A DNA stretch of 64,000 nt from Octopus sinensis (Eukaryota): the NCBI RefSeq assembly GCF_006345805.1, contig NC_043008.1:18352001-18416000 (forward strand), given 5' to 3'. The notes below the pieces were generated by a model. That model searched no databases. It saw only the letters and a list, made by a program, of their open reading frames with translations, and had not been told where the DNA came from. Of this stretch, positions 1 through 12,000 are shown piece by piece (the stretch's first letter is position 1; each line of letters begins with the position of its first letter). A program made the position numbers and the translations under genes.

Positions 1-46
1 TAGTAGATCTTGATATGTACAAATTAACGAAAGTTATGTAACTGAG

Positions 47-273
47 ATATATACCTATATATACATATATATGTATATATATGCATATATATATATATAC
101 TTATATACATATATATATGCATATATATATATACTTATATACATACATATATATATATATATATATACATATATATGTATATATATGCATATATATATAT
201 ATACTTATATACATACATATATATATACATATATATATATCCATACATATATATATACATAGATATATATACC

Positions 274-304
<31 letters not shown>

Positions 305-372
305 ACATACATATATACATATATATATACATATATATATATCCATACATATATATATATACATACATATAT
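47..372. repeat. (TA)n/(TACATA)n compound microsatellite
   Basis: Direct reading; the Y/I/H/T-rich ORFs here are repeat translations. Confidence 0.95.
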
Positions 373-373
373 A

Positions 374-1054
374 TTGGATTCTCTGGATTCTCAGAACTTT
401 CCAGTCGAGAGATATCCACACCATTATCCTTCTCTTCTTCACTTTTGCCCGACCCCACCTTGAATACTGTTGTCCACTGTGGTCTCCCCACACAATACAA
501 GGTATCATAAAAGTTGAAGCACCTCAAAGGGCAATAACAAAAAAGATAGATGGCATGACAGGCCTCGACTATTGGGGTCGACTAGAAAAGCTAAAACTTT
601 ATTCTCTCCAACGTCGTCGTGAGCGCTACATCATCTGCATGATGTGGAAAATATTCCATTCAGCATTGCCCAAATGATGTTGGCATCACCTTTAAGGTAC
701 ATCCAAGGCTTGGGCCCCGTGCCATCCGCCCAAAACAAAAAATCGCACTCTCATCTCATAACAACAATACGGCACAATTATTTCACCTCAATTGGCCCCG
801 CTCTCTTTAACATTACACCAAAACACGTTAAAACAGAAACTGACCCTATAGGGTTCAAGAAGTCTTTTGACAGATTCCTTCAAGAAATCTCGGATAAACC
901 CCCTACACCCGGATATGTCTCTGTAAACAATAACTCTCTACTTGAGTGGGCCATAGTGCACAAATTCTGACTTGAAAGACTTCACCAGGTGGTGCTATTA
1001 AGTTGGACATGGCCTGGGCCAATAATGGCCGAAACCTATCAAAGTATCAAAGTA
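374..1054 (+). mobile_element. 5'-truncated CR1/L2-group LINE, 3' end of ORF2 plus tail
   Basis: Translation [13 protein letters not shown]...[35 protein letters not shown], frameshift near 670, then FKKSFDRFLQEISDKPPTPGY...NSLLEWAIVHKF*. The tail has hairpin GGCCA-ataa-TGGCC-GAAAC and terminal TATCAAAG repeats. Confidence 0.88.
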
Positions 1055-1086
1055 TATATACATACATATATATATATATATATACA

Positions 1087-1148
<62 letters not shown>

Positions 1149-1363
1149 CATATATATACATACATACATATATATATATACATACATACATATATATATA
1201 TACATACATACATATATATATATACATACATACATATATATACATACATACATATATATACATACATAATACATACATATACATATAGAATTATATATAT
1301 AATATATATATATATATATATGCATACACAACACATATATATATATATATATAATATATATAT
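1055..1363. repeat. (TA)n/(TACA)n compound microsatellite
   Basis: Direct reading. Confidence 0.95.
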
Positions 1364-1599
1364 ATCGCTCTTCAGGTACTCTTCCAGTCGATGTGATTCT
1401 CCTGTTCCCCTTAGAACAGTAATAAACGAGTGAAGAATCAATATATAGTGCATTATTTGGGGGTCCTTAAAAAGTGAAAAAGACCATCCCAGAATAATGC
1501 AATATCTGTCTCGACACACGGTTTCATATCAGGTAGGATTCAACACAAATTCCTAAACATGTTTGTGTATGCGTGTGTGGGGTGGGGGTTGTGTGTAAT

Positions 1600-1830
1600 C
1601 TATTTTCGGGATTGATCTCCGTCCCGTTATGCTCCCGATATATCTTTTCTAGTCTAGTAGCGAGCACCTTCATTTCTGCTTCACTACTTCCTAATATGTC
1701 AAAGTCTATATCATCTGCTAAGTGCAGATTGGAAATGGACTCTCTTCCAATGGAAACAGGAGTGTGGATGTTATCAACTGCCCCCCGCAGGAAGACGTAG
1801 AAAAGCGCTGGAAAGAAGATGCATCCTTGT
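1600..1830 (-). mobile_element. Degenerate RTE-clade LINE reverse transcriptase fragment
   Basis: Minus frame PVSIGRESISNLHLADDIDFDILGSSEAEMKVLATRLEKIYREHNGTEINPE resembles the RTE motif NLRFADDIDL..S..EL..L..RL....G.EIN. Confidence 0.7.
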
Positions 1831-4254
1831 TTATATGTCTATAAATGGATTTTCTCCCGGACGAAAATTGCAGCCTCTAAATTTTTACGCCACCCATACG
1901 GTAAGCGTATTATGTAGATACATATTTTGTTCTAAAACTGCTTTCATTTCATAATTCTAAATTTTTTTTTACCTTAAGCGGCGTCATTGTAAATTCGTAT
2001 GTTGTTTATACACTCTATATGTATTGAACTGGACGATTTGATCGTTTTGTGACACTGGCAAGCCGCAAAAGCAGCAAGTTGCATCTGTTACTCTCGTGAT
2101 CAATTGCCAGACGATTTCGTTGCACCTATTTCTGAAGTTTAATGCATTTCTTAAAACTATCCTACGTCTAGAAGCGGATGTTTCACCGACGAAGATTGCA
2201 ACGTTCGTCTTTTCGACGATATACATGTGATAAGCATGCTTCACATACATGCACACACACATTCATTCATTCATTCGTACGTACGTACATACATACATAC
2301 ATACATACACACACATATGAATGACATCGATAAGCGTAAGCTTTGTTTCATTCATGGACAGTATGTAAGATTATGTATCCCAGCATTCCACAGCGCTATC
2401 CCTAAATACGTCATTTTAAAAATAAATTTATATACCTTCGATCTAATGCATTGTGTACCTTAATGCAATCTTAATCCAACTTCCTAACATAATCATCAAA
2501 TTGTGTGTAAATGTGTGTGTGACTGCATAAACATAGTATTTATGTATGTGCGTGTGTGTGCATGAGTATGTTTGCGTGCAATAATGTATGTGTGCGTGTG
2601 CGTGTGTCTGCAAGTTTGTGTGCGTATATGTTAGACAGAATTGACTAATTTTTTTCCCCAACGGATTGATTTATTGCAGGAATTAATCTCCAAAATATTA
2701 TTTTTCGAGTTTAACGCCACATTCAATATCATGAACTCCTTCAAATCGCGTTTCTCATCAAAGATGATTGTAGTTTGCCACGCGGTCTCCAAAAACGAAG
2801 CATTAGAAAGTACAATGAAAATTATCTTTAATCATAATCAGAAGTGAAATTATTTTCTATATTAATTCACATTTTAATTAATTTCAGCTATGTTGAAATT
2901 AATTAAACATTCGGAGAAACAGAAACTTTTATTTACCGCTTTGTTCTGATCTGTATAAAATAATATTTTTCCTGAACCTTTTTCATTTAAATTTTTCATT
3001 TTCTTAACTGATAATGTTGCAAAAAAATAAAACATTATTCTCTCTTCTTTTTACGTCTGTGACAAGAAAAAGCAACAAGAAACTGCTGTCCATATAATCT
3101 ATTTTATATGTATTTACATGTGCTACTTTTATTCTGATTTCATTCTACGGAATGCCCATGATACCGTCTCATCTTTTCAAATTATTCATGAAGCAGAACC
3201 GAGCTTAATCTTAATATCATTTAATTATGAATGAAATACATTCCAACAATGATTTCTTTGGTTGAATTATCAGAAACAGTAATCATTGAATTGTAATAAT
3301 GTCTGCAGGATTTTAAAATAACTTGAATTTCATTAAATACTGTAAATTACGAATGTGATTTGAACATAAATTATAATTCACTATGCTATTTTTGAAAATT
3401 GAGCAAAAGTCAATTTGCATAACGAGTAGGCAATATTCATTTCCTTTCGTTTATCAACAAAAAAGTACAATATTTTGGAAAAAATGCTGTTGTGGTATTC
3501 ATGCCTGTAAAATTTCAATCGAGAATGAAAATAGTTTTGTGGGCTCCCATTATTTGGAGATATCTCAGTTTTAGGAGTTACGTGTACATGAGAGAGAAGC
3601 GATCTGTATTTGTTGATTTACTACTTCGGTCAATCATGGTTTATGATTCGATGGTTTTAGATCCATCAGCCTGAGGTCAGTATCCTTGAAAATTCATATT
3701 GTATGTGAGGTAGTCCAGCAACAATGAATCTTCTAAGAGACAGATCGAGCTTCTAGAAATAACAATCGAATTTCCTTCAAATCGTAAACTACCGTCTTAC
3801 AAAATGCAGGAAAATCATAGATAATTTTTGTTGTGAGTAGTTGTCAGTGGAAAACATTCAATCGTAATCCTATTAATCAAATCTGAGCACAGGATAAACA
3901 GCAACAGCTGCTGGGTTATTAATATCTCCGTGACAACAAATGGTAAAATAGCTAACTATTTCCTTCTTTAAACATGTTAATTACGTCCTCTCACCAATTC
4001 TGACGTGTATTTGTTATTTTTTCAATAGATACAATTGTTTACGGTTCGTAATGTATGTATATAAAGCATTGTCCTACAATATGTAATTTAATGCCAAATA
4101 ATGACAACAGGAACATGTTAATTTTTGACAGTTGAACTCCTATTTAGGAAAACTAAATACTGTCTCCAACACAGGCAGGGGAGACAACTGAATATATTTG
4201 CTTTCATGTTCTCAATGAATGGATGCTAAGTCTACTACATCTGATTCCAGAGGA

Positions 4255-4284
4255 GCAACAGTCCGGATACTTACTGATCAGACC
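4255..4284. mobile_element. Solo mariner terminal inverted repeat remnant
   Basis: GCAACAGTCCGGATACTTACTGATCAGACC matches the right end of the element at 40207-41074. Confidence 0.6.
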
Positions 4285-4682
4285 ATTTATATATATATTC
4301 ATCTATTTGCGAAAAACGAAATTAATTTCTTGCCAACCCAATTCTAATCACTTAAATTATTGCTAGACTGGTCAACATAACTCTCTTTGAAAATTAGTTT
4401 TTGTACCTATATATTATTTGGACAAAGTTATTGGCACTAAAATAGAACTAATTTTCAAACTAATTTCATTATATCCATTTACATTTTTGCTCCATTTTTG
4501 GCTTCTTTTATGATTTTGTTTTCGTTTTCTTTTTTACTTCAATGTGTTTATATATCGTCTTTCTTTCTGAATGTCTTGTTTTATCCGTGAGTATTTATAT
4601 CGATGTAACATCTATTATATATCTAAAAAGATCATGAAACAGCTGTAAACGTATGGAGCAAACATCTCTTATGAGTTTGTGT

Positions 4683-4889
4683 GTGTATATATATATATGT
4701 ATGTATGTATATATATATATATATATATATAAAATATTATTAGAGACAAAACCACTATTTTGCAAAACATATGTATGCATATATGTATGTATTATATGTA
4801 TGTATATATATATGTATATATATATATATATGTTGTATATATATATGTATATTATATGCATATATATATATATGTATGATCTATGTATA

Positions 4890-4926
<37 letters not shown>

Positions 4927-5150
4927 TAATATATATATATATATTATATATATATAATAATATATATTAATATATATATATTATATGTATGTATGTATAT
5001 ATGTATATATATATGAATATATATATATATATATAAATATATATATATATAAATATATATATACAACACATCGGCAATTATACATATATGTGTGTTTGTG
5101 TGTTTGTGTGGGTGCGTCCGTGTGTACAATTTATGTGTATATATGCGTGT
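4683..5150. repeat. (TA)n-rich microsatellite block
   Basis: Direct reading. Confidence 0.9.
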
Positions 5151-5840
5151 TTATATGACAACATTTAGATCGCGGAGGCTGCAAGTTGCAAATGACCGAC
5201 GCTACATAGAACGAAATGAATTCACGTTGTATTATACAATATCACCGGCGCTGAACCATGAATTTAGCTTCAAACAGCATCATGTATCAAACAGTAAATT
5301 GTGAATGGAGCGTTCTACATTGGACGCAAGAAGCAGTACGCTAAAGCGTATGCGATATTCTCTGATCGGTGGAACGCTTTGAAATGAAACACCTGATAAT
5401 CTTCAGTAGAAATGTCACTATCAGCAGTGCAAAAGACAACGCAAATGACCTCGCCCGTGATACCTGGATGTTGATGTTTACTCACCATGCTAACCTCTTA
5501 ATAAATACCTATCAATATAGTAGAAATATATAAAAGATGATATAAATGCGGACTCTTTTGTTTCCCAATTGTAATGATCTGTAGCGCATGCGCCCACTCA
5601 TGCGTACTCAGTCTTCAAAAAATTGGCGTCCTCAACTAACAGCGACAAAAATTTAGTACTTATATTAAATAGTCATCAAATACTTTCTCTTCTTTACGTT
5701 ACGATTTACTTTCCTGCAGCCTGAATTTTTCTGTGGAGGGTACTAAATTTCTTTGCTCCATTTTAATACCATATATGGTTACGATATACTTCTATGTACC
5801 TATAAATAATTAATGCATTCATACATAATAAATACACACG

Positions 5841-5879
<39 letters not shown>

Positions 5880-5984
5880 GTATACAGATAGATATATACA
5901 TATTTATATAAATATATACGATAGATACAAATATATACATATACATATATATATATATATGTGTGTGTGTGTATGTATATATAT

Positions 5985-6391
5985 TTTCTTTTATTCTATT
6001 ACTATATTCAGTCATTTGACTGTGGCCATGCTGGAGCACCGCTTTAGTCGCCCAAATCAACCCCTATATTATTATTTGTAAGCTTAGTACTTATTCTATC
6101 GGACCCTTTGACAGAACCGTTAAGTAACGGGGATGTAAACACACCACCATCGTTTCTTAAGCGATTTGGGGAGGGGAAACACAGACAGACAAACACACAC
6201 ACACTCACACACATACACACACACACACACACACGCACATATATATATATATAAGACGAGCTTCTTTCAGTTTCCATCTACCAAATCCACTCACAAGGCT
6301 ATAGTAGCAGACACTTGCCCAATGTCCCATACAGTAGGACTGAACCCGGAGCCATGTGGTTGGTAAGCAAGCTATTTACCACAAAGCCACT

Positions 6392-6394
<3 letters not shown>
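5985..6394 (-). mobile_element. tRNA-derived SINE family A (CORE-like, internal TA/TG microsatellite), near full length
   Basis: Minus head GGAGTGGCTTTGTGGTAAATAGC...GGGTTCAGTCCTAC (A/B boxes) and GGGCAAGTGTC core; tail GGCGGTGCTCCAGCATGGCCACAGTCAAATGACTGAA. Homologous to 45888-46357. Confidence 0.85.
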
Positions 6395-6446
<52 letters not shown>

Positions 6447-7139
6447 GTATATATGCATAAATATATGTAAGTGCGTGTGAGCGTGGGTGGGGATGTATGG
6501 ACAACTAAATATGCATAAATATATGTCATCTACGTGTCTAATATGGCAAGACAAACATCCATTCAAATATGTGCATCTCTGCATGAGCGTGTGTGTGTGT
6601 GTGTACATGTCATGTCTGTGTGCGCGTGTGTGCGTTCTAGTACATATTTACATATTCGTACCTTCACATAGCAAAGATTTCACAATCTACAGTGTTTCAT
6701 AGCTTTAAAAACCATAGCGGAATCAAGGGATTTCAGAGATCTAACCTTTGCAATGAAAACACCATTTGATATCGCTAATATTGATTCGGAATCTTCCAGA
6801 AAACTCGCTTAAACTGATGCAAACCGCTGTGAAATAATGGCTGCAAATGTCAAAATTTCCATATGTTACAACGTTGAATACAAACCACCAAATCCCGAAA
6901 CTGCATCATGTTAACACTATGAACATTATTAGTAGTGATATCGTTACCCACTTCAGTATATACACGTGACAGTATAGTTGGACATTATATTGCATTATTC
7001 AGATGGCAACAGTAAATGTGTCACGGACGGAAAAATTGAAAAACTGCTTAAAAGAAAAAGCCACGAATACGAAGAAGTGTGCGCTAATGTGCACGCACAT
7101 ATACACACACAAACAGCAAGCATTCGCTCACCTCGCCAT

Positions 7140-7161
7140 ACATATATATATATATATATAT

Positions 7162-7196
<35 letters not shown>

Positions 7197-7533
7197 TAGA
7201 GAGAGGCATGCATATATAATTTTATATACATACATGATATATATCAGGTAGTAGGTATCTGTATATACACATATAAATATATATATACATATATATATAT
7301 ATAATATATATAATATATACATATATACATATATATATATATATACATATATATAAATATATATACATATATACATATATATTTATATATATATACATAT
7401 ATATAAATATATATATACAATATATAAATATATATATACATATATATATACATATATACATATATATATACAATATACATACATATATACATATATATAT
7501 ACAGATATACATATATATAATATACATATATAT

Positions 7534-7577
<44 letters not shown>

Positions 7578-7680
7578 ACCTATATATATATGTATGTAAA
7601 GTTATATATACACACACATATATTTATATATATATATATACACATACATACAAATATATACATATGGTCACACACACACA
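7140..7680. repeat. (TA)n/(GA)n/(TACA)n microsatellite block
   Basis: Direct reading. Confidence 0.9.
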
Positions 7681-8340
7681 TTTTATACAAATGCATGCCC
7701 AAGAATGTATTTATCGTCTCATAAATGAGTTGCGTAACGAAGTGAAAGTCATAACAACTATACGTAAATATACACACAGGTATATATGTGTGTATATGCG
7801 TACGCGCATGCGCGTTTGTCTGCGTGTATGTACTCACATAGATATACATATATATATGGACATATTCATCTATTCATACATGTGTGTATAAAAACATAAA
7901 CCAACTACATGCATATAGATACTATTATACTTAATATATCTATGTATAAGTAAATATGAATGAATATTGAGATATATATATATATATATATATGTTTGTA
8001 TGTGTGTATTTGTGCGCATGTGTGTCTATGCGTGCTACGTGTGTATATCTGCCTCTGTACCTCTGTATTCATACACTTAATGTACTATGTTTAGTGAGCA
8101 TCAATATTTCCAATACACATTTCCCGTTGCTACCACTAATGCTTTAATGTAATACTTTATGCGAAGATTCTCTCCTACAGCTTATATTATACTGAACTCA
8201 ACTTCTCTTTTTCCATAGTGAAGATATCTTACAATTTTACCTATTCTCTTTGTTTCTTTGGGAGTTCTTCTTCGATGCTTTATTGATGTTGGAAATGCTT
8301 ACTGTTCAGAGTGCGAATAATAGTTACATTATAACATATA

Positions 8341-8390
<50 letters not shown>

Positions 8391-8577
8391 CATACATACA
8401 AACATACATGCATATATATATATATAGATATATATATATATATATACATATATATAACAATTTAGGAATGGCCTAAACAGGCCATTCGTCCACCAGAAAG
8501 AGCAGCCAGAACTCCAACCGCCAAGTAGTGTAATTCGGAAATAAGGTGAAAATTTAAAAACATTTACCCTAATTCAT

Positions 8578-8676
8578 CTTTTATACGATGCATCGTTTCG
8601 GTGTCTTTAATGATAGACCAGCTTAATTAAATTAAATTAAGCTAGTCTACCATAGGTCACACTTCATCAGTAAAAG
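8578..8676 (-). ncRNA. Type I hammerhead ribozyme, palindromic stem III, long stem II
   Basis: Minus: CUUUUA-CUGAUGA-A-GUGU...ACAC-C-GAAA-CGAUGCAUCG-UA/UAAAAG. Stem I is a 6-bp perfect helix; cleavage triplet GUA; cut between 8584 and 8583. First stem II position is A/C rather than G-C. Confidence 0.78.
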
Positions 8677-9049
8677 AAACCTGGGAGAGACGGATATACA
8701 CGAGGCTACTGTATCAATGCCTCGGGAATATCTGTCTTAAAATTTTCAAGACCAACGCATTCGCGCCAAACTTATCGGCAGCAAATATAAACTGCCGATT
8801 CAATCTCAGAATTAGTCAGAAAATTATCAATTAATCAATTTAGGGTAGCAAAAAATTCAGTAAAAATTTATCGCTACCAGCGGCCTGGTGGAAAAGAGAA
8901 AATAGTCAAAGACTAAATAGATAAATATAACAATTTAGGAATGGCCTAACAGGCCATTCGTCCACCAGAAAGAGCAGCCAGAACTCCAACCGCCAAGTAG
9001 TGTAATTCGGAAATAAGGTGAAAATTTAAAAACATTTACCCTAATTCAT

Positions 9050-9146
9050 CTTTTATACGATGCATCGTTCGGTGTCTTTAATGATAGACCAGCTTAATTA
9101 AATTAAATTAAGCTAGTCTACCATAGTCACACTTCATCAGTAAAAG
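9050..9146 (-). ncRNA. Second copy of the hammerhead motif, GAAA reduced to GAA
   Basis: Identical to 8578-8676 except two 1-nt deletions (CGTTTCGG to CGTTCGG; CATAGGTC to CATAGTC). Confidence 0.65.
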
Positions 9147-9562
9147 AAACCTGGGAGAGACGGATATACACGAGGCTACTGTATCAATGCCTCGGGAATA
9201 TCTGTCTTAAAATTTTCAAGACCAACGCATTCGCGCCAAACTTATCGGCAGCAAATATAAACTGCCGATTCAATCTCAGAATTAGTCAGAAAATTATCAA
9301 TTAATCAATTTAGGGTAGCAAAAAATTCAGTAATTTTTGCTACCCTAAATCCAATTGCGGATTTGGATAAACATCTCTTTACATCAATGTAAGTTGAAAT
9401 TAAGTTCTTATGTATCTTAAATATGAATATAATGATAATTGTTGGTATCGAAACAGGTGGTGAGCATTATTACATTATGAACCAGTGGTGAAAGTTATGC
9501 TTTTCTGTTTTTATACCAGATATGAACTGCAGCATAACTTAAGGTAATTATGTAGGTACATG

Positions 9563-9822
9563 TGGTGGCGCATGGCTTAGTGGTTAGAGTGTCAGCATCA
9601 TGATCGTGTGTTGTTTCGATTCCTGGACCGGACGACGCGTTTCGTTCTTGAGCAAACACTTCATTTCACGTTGCTCCAGTCTACTCAGCTTGCATAAATG
9701 AGTAACGCTGTGATGGACTGGCGTCCCGTCCAGCTGGGGGGGGAACACATACACCATAGAAACCGGGAAATCGGGCCCATGAGCCTGGCTAGGCTTTAAA
9801 AGGGCGCATTTATTATTATTAT
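9563..9822 (+). mobile_element. Complete tRNA-derived SINE family D with 15-bp target site duplication
   Basis: A box TGGCTTAGTGGTTAGA, B box GTTTCGATTCC, CTTGAGCAAACACTT, GATGGACTGGCGTCCCGTCCAG and a (TTA)n tail. TSD TTATGTAGGTACATG at 9548-9562 and 9823-9837. Confidence 0.88.
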
Positions 9823-11109
9823 TTATGTAGGTACATGCAAATGTTTTTTGCTTAGATTAGCTCTTGGACTTAAGGGACCTGTTATGAAACTGCAATAGTT
9901 AATTTCGGATATGCTTATGTCTTTGCTATTCGTGGTTCAGTAACAGAAGAAGGCCCTTATAAAGCACTTATAATACGTTACCATTATATTAGGTTTCTTC
10001 TAGCCAGCTGGTGCCTTGCCAGAACCGACTTATCATCCGAGTGTAGCAGTTTTAGAGAAACGTACATTTTCACTAGCAGCGTACAGTGTCATTGTAGTTA
10101 ATTGTAAGATTTATAAGTGGCAAGGCTATTAATCGCAGCCATTTATTAGCCCAGTTTTGAGCCACCTGTGATGTCTATCAACTCACTCCCCTGTTTCTTT
10201 GTAAATACCGTTTTCATGGGCGATTACTTTCCGTGTGTAGAATATTTTCGCTATAATTAAACGATGGATCCGTATGGCGCAAAGACACCTCTGCATGCGT
10301 TTTCCGGTGGAATATTTCACTAATGGACATCTCATCTTCATATGAGATTTTGAATCCGAAATACCTAACTCAACGGTATAGCGACATATGTCATTCTACT
10401 TTTCTATTCATTTCTTTCTTTGCAGCCTACTTTGTACGAGCTTTCCGCGAAGATCCAAATCTATTTCAGTGATTCAAATAGAATAATATAATTTAATTTT
10501 GCCTGAAGACACTGTGTGCCTACAGGTGCATCTCAGAGTAGCAAGAGCCTGACTAGACTAACGTTTGTATACGTGTAAGCGTGTATATATGCGTGTGTGT
10601 GGGGGGGGGTAATTATGCGCATATATAAGTAAAAATATCTGTACTAGAATATTACCCGTCATATGTCGCATAAATTTTTACATATATTTGTACATATGAT
10701 GGCATGAAATATGTCACGCATATAATAATTACAAGGTAAATTTAATCAAATTTGATACTAATTTTTGAAAATAATGGACTAAATACTCATTTTAAAACAA
10801 TACATGTGTGTGTTAAAAACCTCATTAAGGGATAATAAAATCCAATGAGTTTACTGGTTTATTATTTATTATTTAATTTGAATATTCGATCTAATATTAA
10901 AAAATAAGGTAATTAGATGAACCGAGGTTTATATTCAAATAAGAAAATTAAGAAAATAGGGATAAATCAAATAATAATTATTGTGATTAAGAAAGAGTAT
11001 CGTCAATTCCCTTGTCTGTTTCTCGTGTTTGCAATATATCTATATATATATACATATATGTGCCTTTTTACTGGTTGACGGAAGCTGGAAGAAGGATGTC
11101 TTTTGGGTA

Positions 11110-11326
11110 TGTCTTGTTTATTCCACACCAAAGCTTGACAAACCCCTTTTGGCTTGTTTACGTCTTCGTAAGATAGTGGTTCGGCAAAAGACAGTGATAT
11201 TAGTAAGCGGCTTAGAAAAAAAAATGGCAAAAGAGTTCTGAGGTCACTTCTTTCGAATAAACCCTTCAATGCATTGTTCCCACATGGTCGCAAAACAATG
11301 TTACAAACAAAATAAAAGATAAAAGT
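11110..11326 (+). mobile_element. Degenerate 3' half of SINE family A
   Basis: TGTTTACGTC...GGTTCGGCAAAAGA...CATGGTCGC...AAAAGATAAAAG aligns by eye with 46150-46335. Confidence 0.55.
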
Positions 11327-11744
11327 TACATGTTACATTTACATATGTTTCAATAAGCAAGTGTTTCATTTGCATAAATTGTCACATGTCGGGTCCATCA
11401 TTTGCCCCATTACCCCCTCCTCCTTCTCTGCTTCAAACAATATTCTCCCTCGCTATGTGTGTGTGTGTGTGTGTGTTTCATTCGTGCGTAATGTTTCTTT
11501 ACTTATTGTCAGTCACTATGCGTCTTCGTTACAATCACTGAACACGCCTTGTGCAAATTCTCTATGTCCCTCCTTTACTCTCTCTCTCTCTCTCCCTATG
11601 TCATACGATGTAAAACATGTCAGGACAAGGGGACCAGCCAATCGACCAACCAACCAACCAACCATCATTTATATCGGCATTTATTGTTTCTATAAATAAA
11701 TACGTATAGAGTTACAAACAACAACAAAAAAAATGTATAGCTAC

Positions 11745-11826
11745 ACATAAGCATACACACACATACACACAAACACACGCACACAGAAACACACAAACAC
11801 AAACACACGCACAGATAGATAGATAT

Positions 11827-11905
<79 letters not shown>

Positions 11906-12000
11906 TTCAGCCTGACGGACGGAGAGACAGAGATAGACAGACAGATAGGCAGACAGACATAGACAGACAGATAGATAGATACATACATACATACATACAT
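11745..12000. repeat. (CA)n/(GATA)n/(TACA)n microsatellite at the 3' end of the RTE element
   Basis: Direct reading. Confidence 0.9.

Larger units (their letters stand above)
8454..9350 (-). mobile_element. Non-coding 473-bp tandem repeat (about 1.85 units) carrying hammerhead ribozymes; PLE pseudo-LTR or retrozyme-like
   Basis: 8454-8860 recurs at 8927-9333 with only three 1-nt contractions. Each copy has a minus-strand HHR and several hairpins, no ORF, and the repeat ends in a 19/20-bp fold-back. Confidence 0.8.

Noticed and set aside
1984-2262. 92-aa minus ORF with non-repetitive core
   Set aside because: Starts in a microsatellite; no recognisable domain or convincing splice sites.
2650-2800. 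Minus-frame AWQTTIIFDEKR resembling Tc1 W..VIFSDEK
   Set aside because: Similarity is limited to a few residues; no TIR or continuing transposase motifs.
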